A DNA stretch of 64,000 bases. Origin: Orbicella franksi (taxonomy: Eukaryota). The position numbers were made by a program, and so were the translations under genes. The notes beneath the pieces are model-generated. The model worked only from the letters and a program-made list of their open reading frames with translations, was not told the origin of the DNA and ran no database searches. Positions within the stretch are counted from its first letter, which is position 1. The number at the start of each line of letters is the position of its first letter. The DNA lies in assembly GCA_964199315.1 (NCBI GenBank), contig OZ116701.1:11470001-11534000 (forward strand), read 5' to 3'. Positions 55,021-64,000 of this stretch are shown piece by piece.

Positions 55021-55406
55021 GGCCCAGTTCAGATGTTGTGCCTCTGCTGTGCCAAACTAAATTCAGGAATAAAGTACAACAAAAGCGCAGCAGAAGCACA
55101 GTGTCTGAATCAAACCTTTGAATTAAGTTTGACAAGCTCTGCTGTGCTACACGACTCTGGTATGGCAGCGATTCAAACATAGTGCATCTGTCGTGCCAAA
55201 CAAAATTCACAAATTATATTACCGTGTTTTGGTGAAATTATGTTCCCACAGGAAGTTAGGAGGAGAACTGTTACGAGGCATTCAATAAATCCTGAATTTG
55301 GTTTGACTCTGGCATGACGTCTGAATCAGAGTTGTTTTTCTGCTGTGGTACAGACCAAAGTTTAATTTAGTTCAGCACGGCACAAGCATGATGTCTGAAC
55401 TGGGCC
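55021..55406. mobile_element. PIF/Harbinger-like MITE
   Basis: TIRs ggcccagttcaga / tctgaactgggcc flanked by a TAA target duplication on both sides (55018-55020, 55407-55409). Confidence 0.75.
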
Positions 55407-56540
55407 TAAAGTACTTAAATAAATTTACGTAAAAACTTTTGTTTTCATTGCTGGCATGCTTTAAATGTGGCTAAGTAAATGTTTTGAAGTAATTATTAAC
55501 CTCGTACTAACCAAGCACAAGGGCCATAGTTGGGAATATTGACCCAAGGTTGTGGTAGTATGGACCTAAAGCAGCGAGGCTTGTACAAAAATGACTGAAT
55601 GCCAATATTTCGCAGTACAGTTCAAGCCAGCTAGGTTGATTTACTAAGTACTTTATTGTACGGCACTCGGACCATTCTTGTTTCGAATTTACCTGCTTTG
55701 GAAAACAAAACATAGACAGCTTATATCTGTTTGCATGGAAATGGTCTCTGTGGCAAAATTTTGACAAAGAAAGAACCGACCAGAACGGGCAAATTTTCCT
55801 CAGACTACTGTATTGAACTGGAACAATGTGGAGACCATGAGCTGTCATTTGAGGCTTTGGTTTAATGATTATGTTACACAAAGTAAGAAATGATACAAAA
55901 AGATATATGTTTACCGATCTCAGGCAAATTTGAAACAATTGAATCAAAGGCTTAATTAAAGGTATACAATTTCTAACAAAAACTGTGAAGGCGATATAAA
56001 ATAGGGTGTAAGAAAGTAACACACAAGAAACAATAATTGGTTTGCATATTGCGATGAAACTAATGAAAACAAGATACAATATAGTTTTTTTGTCTTCAGT
56101 GTCTAGAATATTACATTATGTTAATACATTTGATACAATCGTAACTCTATTATTTACAGCAAAAAACCAGATTAATTTTTTTGATTACTTAGTGATGCAT
56201 TTTTGATAGCCTTCTGAATCCTGATGACTTCCATTAAAACTATTTTGCAAATCAAATTGCATTAGAACAACTGTGCAAGTCAAAGATTTCAATTGTCAAA
56301 GTGTGGACATGGAGTTTCTCAACTCCAATATAGTTCAAGACCCATTTAAAACAACAGCCATTTTTTGCAATGAACAGATCAAAACTACCATCAAACTGAA
56401 GAAATATTCCATGAGAAAAAGAGGATAGAACCTATCTTCTTCTTAAATATATACCAAGTTTAGGTTCTCAAACATAAAAGAGTTTCCTTCAATTACCTCA
56501 TTTAAGTTTGCTCTTGAATTTGTTTGTTTTTATCCTACAG

Positions 56541-56761
56541 AAATGGCTGGGTACTTTGCAGCAAAAGTCAATGCCAAGGTGCTTGCTCTTACACATTTTA
56601 GCCAGAGATATAAGGGAGTTGGTGAAAATGTAGCAATCAAGACTGGAGACTGTGTTAGCATAGAAAAACTCCTCAGACAAGCAGAAAAAGCTTTTAAATC
56701 AGACAGTGTAATTGCTGCTGAAGATTTTATGGTTGTTCACATTCTCCTGAAACTTAAATGA
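56541..56761 (+). pseudogene. ELAC1: Diverged orphan copy of ELAC1 terminal exon (frame open, acceptor intact)
   Basis: tatcctacag|AA ATG GCT GGG..., [36 protein letters not shown]; flanked by remnants of intron 2; no exon 1 or exon 2 nearby. Confidence 0.75.
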
Positions 56762-58188
56762 TACTGGATCTTGGGCCAATAATTATAAAATGCATATGTT
56801 GTGGTATGAAAATTTCAAAGCAGTTTGGTTTTTATTTTTCATTCTCAGTTACAGTTAGACTGTTCACAGCCTCTCTATATTTCAACGCATGTGAATAATA
56901 ATGTGAGCAAAGTGAGCATGAGTGCAAAAGCACGATGGGGTGGGGGTAGGGAGGCAAGCAAAGTGAGCTCTTAATTCATCTCAGTTCCACCCCATACCCT
57001 GTCAAGTCATCCATTTTGCACTTGTGCCCAGTTTTCCTAAATATGAGAGTCACTTATAAAAGAAGATAGAACAATAGGTAACAAAATCTATGCGAAAAGT
57101 GGCAGTAGGATTATGTAATCTATCACTAGGCTAACAATAAACTTGTACAAAATCTTAAATGAATATTTACAAAACAAGTTGACAAGGTATAATATCCTAT
57201 TGAGTTAACTAACAAATTTAAATATGCTACTGCGAGTTTGCTATTAATAATTATAGTTTACAAGGGTATACCCCAACTAAAGCAGGAGAACAAAATTTTT
57301 CAACGTTTATCGTTTTCTTCCTTTTGAATGCTTCTTAGTTCAAACTGTGACTTAATTCCCTATGACTGTTACTTAGTATGATTTATGGCAACCTCCTTCC
57401 CAGGGTCGCTGCCTGGGAACGAGGTTTGGCACTCCACAAACAGTACCTTTCAAACTTATATGAGAATTATGTGTGGATTTTGGGTCTCTATATAATTACT
57501 GTTTTACACATATATGACACAATATGCGGTAAATTCTCCCACGGAAGTGAAAGAGTTAATGAGTTAAAAGTTAATCCCGTAAAAGAATTTTGGGTTTAAG
57601 CTTTATAATAACCACAATAATAACATATTCATGTCGTGCCTTAATTTAGCACTCTAAGGGGCTTTACAAAGTGTTAAAGCTTAGTTCAACTGCTAAAACT
57701 AGTAATACAAATACAAAGGTAAGAAATAACGAGTTTAGCAAAATGTGTAAAATAAAAAAATAAAAAAACTAACTATACTAACTAATAAAACTAAGACTAC
57801 ACATGTTATGTAGAAAAAAACAGTTAAGATTAGTTTTAAAAGAACTCACAGTATTAGTTTCTTTTAATACATACAGTACCATGCCTGTGGTAACCTGTTC
57901 CAAAAAAAAGGCAAATCTTCATATCACTATTGCTTAGTCCTGGGGACACATAAATGAGACATGCAGAATGTAGACAATGGCCTTCCAGATGTGTATCTGA
58001 GTGTGTAGTAGATCAAAACTATGCAGGCAGGTGCTAAATTTACTTAATGCTTAATTAAATCCTTAATTTAATAATGAATTTAATTATAGTGCACATGAAA
58101 GTATTAAAGAAGAAAAATGTTAAAAATAATATGTTGTTCAACTGGCAGCCAGTGAAGATCCTTGAGTAATGGTACGGTGCAAGTTTTG

Positions 58189-59589
58189 CTAGCCATTATA
58201 GTAACATTTTTTGTTCTTCATATGGCTGAAATTAAAACGCAGATCCAACGTAAACCCTCCCTTGGCATCTCCACTGAAATAGTATGCAGGATACTGATTG
58301 TGTGGTTGCCTGTTTGGCCCCAATCCATCTTTTTCTTGCCATCTTTGTTCCTCCCTCAGGTTGTAAATGCCATCTCCAATGAGACCTCCCAAGGTCGCTC
58401 CTACAACAGCACTAGCCAGCCAACTCCAGGGACCCAAAGAGGCAAAAGCAAAGGCACCAAAGAATCCACACACACCAGCTACTATCTGGGCACCTGGGCT
58501 TCTGAGGGCGAGGGACACCCATGTGTAAGTGACCTCAAAGGCGGAGAGTATCATCTTTATAACATCTTGAAGGCTAGCTACCAGACGCTCAATAGCGTCA
58601 GGATTCTCCAAAATAAGTTTCAATATTTCAACAACAGGAGGCAGTGCTATACCCAGGTTGTCCTCATCAGGGTTCAGCACGGTGCTGGTTATGATCAAGA
58701 AGTTCCTGACATTCAAGATAGCTTCTTGGACCATCGGGGAATTTCCCTGAGGAGTCTTGAATTTCTTCGCGTCGTGAAAGGCCCCCTCTAGCAGGCTGAT
58801 CAGTGACGTGTATCCAGCAAAGTGGCCTGGTTCTGGCTTCTCTGCACTGGTGGAGATTTCAACGCTTTTCTCCGCCAAGGCATCGAAAATGCTATTTCTC
58901 AACACTTGCTGATGATGCGGGCAGAGGTACAGATCTCGTTTGCCACTTTTCGCGGCTGCGGGATTTACGTTGCTGCAGGAAGGGCGACGACAGACAACTT
59001 CGGTCGACATGAAGTTGGGATCAAACTGAAGAAGCACGATATCTTCGTACCCCCCTATGTAACCAGGATTTCGCAAAGTCACTTGGTTGTCAAAGTTGAC
59101 GCCAAAAAGCTTTCTAGCATCGTAGAACATGGAGTTGGTCACCTTCGGCGGCGTTGAGACGATTCCGAGATTGTGAAGAAGATCTCGATGCCAAACTTGC
59201 ACCGTCTTCGATTTCGATACTTCGCCGTTTATGAGGACATTCAGCCTGGGAGCAGGCTCTTTTGACTCTTCAATGTCTTCAGCCTCTTGGGGCTCTTTTG
59301 GTTCTTCGTGCTCTGCAGCCTCTTCACGGTCTTCAGCCTCTTCGGGCTCTTCAAGCTCCTTAGGCTCTTGAGGTTGCTGGCGGAGAAGGAGAGAAACTGG
59401 AGAAGGAAGGCGGTCTAACTCAGCTCTCAAATTCTCGTCAGGTTCTTCAGACTCGTCGAGAGGAAGGAGAGAAGTTAGGCTGTCTAACTCCGTTCTCAAA
59501 TACTCTAAGTTGTCTCCAACATCGAGTTGTCTGGATCGTTTGTTTTTGGCTTTTGATTTCCCTTTAGCGCCATATACTATTACTTCCAT
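58189..59589 (-). CDS. Uncharacterized intronless 466-aa protein (gene X2), paralog of X1 with acidic N-terminal repeat insertion
   Basis: Uninterrupted ORF; the core aligns to X1 (DARKLFGVNF, IVLLQFDPNFMST, KSGKRDLYLCPHHQQVLRNSI, QEAILNVRNFLIITSTVLNPDEDNLGIALPPVV identical). Confidence 0.8.
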   Translation of the reverse strand: MEVIVYGAKGKSKAKNKRSRQLDVGDNLEYLRTELDSLTSLLPLDESEEPDENLRAELDRLPSPVSLLLRQQPQEPKELEEPEEAEDREEAAEHEEPKEPQEAEDIEESKEPAPRLNVLINGEVSKSKTVQVWHRDLLHNLGIVSTPPKVTNSMFYDARKLFGVNFDNQVTLRNPGYIGGYEDIVLLQFDPNFMSTEVVCRRPSCSNVNPAAAKSGKRDLYLCPHHQQVLRNSIFDALAEKSVEISTSAEKPEPGHFAGYTSLISLLEGAFHDAKKFKTPQGNSPMVQEAILNVRNFLIITSTVLNPDEDNLGIALPPVVEILKLILENPDAIERLVASLQDVIKMILSAFEVTYTWVSLALRSPGAQIVAGVCGFFGAFAFASLGPWSWLASAVVGATLGGLIGDGIYNLREEQRWQEKDGLGPNRQPHNQYPAYYFSGDAKGGFTLDLRFNFSHMKNKKCYYNG

Positions 59590-60820
59590 TCCTGAATAAA
59601 TTGGACACCACTCGTTTCCTCTACCTTTCAGACAGGGCGACCGAACGTGAAAGTATTAAAGCCTGTTTGCCTTGCAATACATTGTTTTGGAACAGAAGTA
59701 GGGAAAAACCCCACGACTCGGCCCATGTTTACTTTCACTTTCGATCGCCCAAAGAAAGGCGTTTTGGTTGGAGTGCCTTTAATAAATCTGGACGTTTGAA
59801 AATACATTAGATTTCTCGAAGCAAGTTTAGATTTGCTGATTTGCACTGTTTTGAATTCAACACTATGGTATTTCTACAGAATAGGGAAACGTAGGAGAAA
59901 TGTATTTTATCGTTACAAATAACGTTGGAAATAAATTTGATAGGTTTGATATGACGGGTTAAAGTAAACACTTGGATGTTTTCGTTGGACAAAGGGAAAT
60001 GTCAGCCTTAAAAGCACAGGATCGGTATCGAACCCAGAACAATCAAGACATTGGTGTGTCTCAGTCACTGGAAAGCTGGCTCTCAGTAGTCTGAAACTGT
60101 AAGAATATATCGTATATAAAGTAAATACACACTAAGTGATCTTGGTGTTTTAATTTAGGCAGATGCTCTGTCATGCTTGTCAGGAAAAGTGATCTTCCCG
60201 CTCCTATGACGGTTTGTAGGGGAGGAGTGTTTACATGTGAGCACAAAGAGACCGTACAGCATCTGCGTAGGTGACCATTTGTCACAATGGACGGTCAGTA
60301 ATGATCAAATTAACACAATAAAGCAATAAATTAGAAAATAGATTATAGCCAAGCTCTATTTTAGTAGAGAAGTTAAATTGGGCTCAAGATTGATTGATTG
60401 ATTGCAGTAAATTTTCTTTAATCAATTGTCAACTGCAAACGTAAAATGTCACAATGAAATATTCATTTGCCTGAGAATACTAACATCTATGCATTTACAC
60501 AATAATTATCATGGATGGCATTTCAGACACAATTAGTCTACAATTGATGGACAGCTTGAACTTGATGATGTCAAGCTGGCAGAAATCAAGCTCGTCCCAC
60601 ATGCACTTCAATGTATGTAGTCTGATTTTGTTCATAGTCACAAACACAAACACGATCATTATGTGAAGATTGAATCACCTAGACATGTACAGAAATAACT
60701 GTGTGGCCAAGACAACAGAATAGTTTTCAGTCCCTCCTTATTATTTGTTAATCCTTAAGGAAATGATGTCATTGCAGGGCTGCTGGTCATGGTGTCGTCA
60801 TGGTGAAGCTTGTCAGAAGG

Positions 60821-63800
60821 AGTTTAGTGGCTCATCTGAGGCCATAAGGTTTCCTCTATATCAGTATTTTGGATACTTTATTTGTATTTAAATACATTTA
60901 CAGGTGTAGGAAGGGATTTCAACAAATGCCCAATTAATCCACTAAACATTCAGGTAGAGGGGTAAGATGAGTCAAATTGTAGCAAGATGGTAGTACCCTT
61001 GTATCTGGGCCAATATGTAAAAAAAGGCTTCAAGGAATATAACATGGTTTACTTTATTTGTGAATGATACAAGATAATAAACATCGTGGCTATTGATTTG
61101 CCTTCCCTTGTAATTGATGAAAGAAAACAGTAAGCACAACATGAAAAAAAGCATTTGGGGCAGCAGTCACATCAGACTAGCATATTCCAGTGGATATCTC
61201 TTTTGGTGCAGAAAACACTGTGTGGACATTAATGGAGTGGGGGAGGTGGGGGGCACTTCTGATTTTAGCACTTGTTCAATGTTACACACATACAGTATAT
61301 CCATGATACTTTATTCTATCTCAGAGCAGCCTAAAATAGGCTAGTATCTCCAAGAAAATGAAAGTCAAACTAAAGTAACACTATGTATATTGATTAAAAT
61401 ATTAACGTAGAAGAAGTTACAATTAGCCAATTAATTTTTGTTGTCGAATAATTTGCTTTAATTAGGTCATTGAGACAAGAAATAGCTCATAGTCTGTCAG
61501 GTAAAGCATTCCAGAACTTAGCTGCTGTATAAGTAAAGGAATTCAAGCCTTAAGTGGTAGTGCAAGGTTTAGGAAGGGTGAGGATATCAGTTCCTCACAT
61601 AAAATAGTCTATAATAATTATGTTAAATTGGCCAATTTCATACATGCATGATGATATAAGCCCTAACCAGTTGCAAAAGGGACCTTCCCAGTGAAGCCAA
61701 GCAGAGCTAATTGTCAGGCTAATCCATAGTTAATAGAGGGAAATGGTTGTGAAACCCAACAAAGTTCTGTGTTCTATGAATGCAAAACAAAAGATTGTGC
61801 ATGGTCGTGGACCTTCCATTATAAGTCTCGGCATCTTTGTTTGCTCCAGCCCTGTGATGTTTGCCAGGCTTCATAGACATTTCTCTATGGCAAATCTAAA
61901 ACAGAAATCTCTGCCACAGATTAACATAATCAACTTATTAGAAATGGATTTGCTTCCTAGCCGAGGGATATAGTAAATTACTCATTACTTAGTGTCTTCA
62001 TGTTGCAAAAACCAGACCCCATTGACAAGGTCTCTGCTGTACTGACTGTACTGAGAGAAAATCTTTTATGCAGGTTTTGCTCAAGACAGCAGTGTGGAAT
62101 GGACACACGCCCTCTCTGCATCAGATAATCTGCACCCAAATGAGACTTCTGGGAGGACAATTTATGAAGGTGATAATGGCAAATGGCAAGTTTGTCAAGA
62201 AGGAAATTTAACTGTGTTTGCAGCACCCCTAAAGCACCGTGTTACATGTTTTGGTTATGTAATACAGGAGCAACAGTTGCCAGGAAAACTGGATCCTGAT
62301 CTTTTAAAACTGAGAGGTATTTCTCCAGGGCCTCTGTATGGAAAGATCAAGAACGGAGAAACAGTCACAGCTCCTGATGGCAGCCTGGTGATGCCTGCAG
62401 ATGTCCTGGGACCACCGCGTCCTGGCCGTAAAGTTGTTATACTTGGGGATACATGTGACTCATCAAGGATTATGGACTTGGCTTCTGATGCAGATATAGT
62501 TGTTCATGAAGCTACTCTTGAAAATGAACTGATCGAAACATGCATAGATCATGGTCATTCAACTCCAGGTATTTTAATCAATTTATTTATCACTAATGGC
62601 GCTCTTCAAGATTTAATTCAATATCAATATTTGAAGGCAGAGTTCTAGTGTAAGTAAAAGGTACTCTGTATTGTTTGTGAAAAAGTAGTAAATTAAAATG
62701 TTTTAAATAAGCATTTGATACAATCACAACTCTGTTGTTATGGTACAAATAGATTTGTCATATCGTTGCCATTTGTCAATGATTAATTTTTTTTTCCACT
62801 AAGTCTTAAGAGAAAATGCAAAGATGGTCAGAGGAAGCATGCTGCTTAATAACAGCCTTAACAAATGGGTTGAATTCATCCACTGCAAATAAAGAAATAA
62901 CACCTCATTAAGTAATTTTTGATTGTCAAGGTAACGATACTGACATTGTAATAAGACATTACAAATCAAAACTATCATCAAATTGAAGGAAAAATGAATG
63001 AAAATTAATTAAATAGTGATCTTTAACTCCAGTAGAAAAACACCAAAGATGTGATAAATCAATAAATCAATAACATTAATATATAAAGACTATTGTAAAT
63101 GTTTTATGATACACCATGTGTCACATATAATAAATATTGTTATTTATTTAGTTTAGGTTCTCTAACATTTTAGCTGTTCTCAATTATCGCATTCATGCTT
63201 GCACTTGTGTTTGTTCTTATCCCACAGAAATGGCTGGGTACTTTGCAGCAAAAGTCCAAGCCAAGAAGCTTGTTCTTACGCATTTTAGCCAGAGATATAT
63301 GGGTTTTGGTGACAAAACAGCAACCAAGACTGGTGACTGTGTTAGCATAGAAAAGCTTCTTAGGCAAGCAGAAATAGCGTTTAAATCAGACAGTGTAATT
63401 GTTGCTGAAGATTTTCTGGTCATCAAACTTCCCCTCAAACACTAATGATAATGGATCTTGGGATAAGAAAATGCATACATGTATGTTGTGGTTTAATAAA
63501 GGTATATTGGTTTAAAATGTTTCAAACCAGGTTGATCTTTTTTTTCAGTCTCATTGTTAAAGGGCCATTATAATTATTGTAGCAGACTCATGCAGACCTC
63601 AATGAAGCTGTACTCCCCTTGAACATATTGTGAGTGGTGACATGAAGTGGGGACATGCTGCATTGACAGTTTACCTCATTTGACATGCCAGTAGTTCTGT
63701 TGCAGCAACAAAATTTTGTTCCTACGACATGCATGAAATTCAGATGGGTTGAATTCGTGCACCATGAAGCAGGGACAAAATGACCTCAATTCTCAGTGTT

Positions 63801-64000
63801 GAATCATGTGAACCACTCTAGAAACTGTCTGTGCAACAACATAGAAGTGACCCTGTATCTGTTTCATGTGCACCAGCTTGCATACTGTCTCCACAGCATG
63901 CATGCTATGCATACACACTAAGGGACTTGTCCACACTTTGTGTCCTTATGCATTTCCCCTAGTGTGTGCCAACCTTTAGGAGAATAGGGAGAGGGAAGCT
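60821..64000 (+). pseudogene. ELAC1: Near-identical partial duplicate of ELAC1 (exon 2 at 62074-62568, exon 3 at 63228-63445), lacking exon 1; runs off the window
   Basis: Constant offset of 12955 from 47866 onward with only scattered substitutions; begins 12 nt inside intron 1, so the exon carrying HxHxDH is absent. Confidence 0.85.

Noticed and set aside
55507-56079. 190-aa hydrophobic minus-strand ORF
   Set aside because: Spans AT-rich and MITE-like sequence; low-complexity composition and no paralog next to X2.
60015-60045. B-box-like GGTTCGATACC on the minus strand (tRNA or SINE)
   Set aside because: No A box or cloverleaf could be built.
1-64000. CRISPR arrays, rRNA, tRNA or prokaryotic operons
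   Set aside because: None seen; the spliceosomal gene structure shows a eukaryotic nuclear locus, and the repeats lack repeat-spacer organisation.

Overview
Intron-rich, AT-rich eukaryotic genomic DNA; the repeat families and genes suggest a cnidarian, probably a stony coral (inference). About 1-10.5 kb is a transposon-rich block. It holds two defective Penelope-like elements (RT plus GIY-YIG), an internally deleted Crypton-like element, many MITEs, and at least five minimal hammerhead ribozyme motifs plus one decayed copy. Next come a 19-coding-exon classical calpain (+, about 695 aa, one U12-type intron) and SF3B2 (-, with a 992-bp acidic exon). SF3B2 sits head-to-head with ELAC1/RNase Z (+), with about 150 bp between start codons. 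The last 13 kb is a tandem array in which partial ELAC1 copies alternate with two paralogous intronless antisense ORFs of unknown function. These encode a putative Cys/His metal-binding motif, a helical region and a glycine-zipper hydrophobic hairpin, and both have conserved IRF/ISRE-like and kappaB-like motifs upstream. This array is the best candidate for an undescribed system, possibly an immune-inducible membrane-active effector. Two N gaps are present. All exon coordinates were derived by hand, and no database searches were run.
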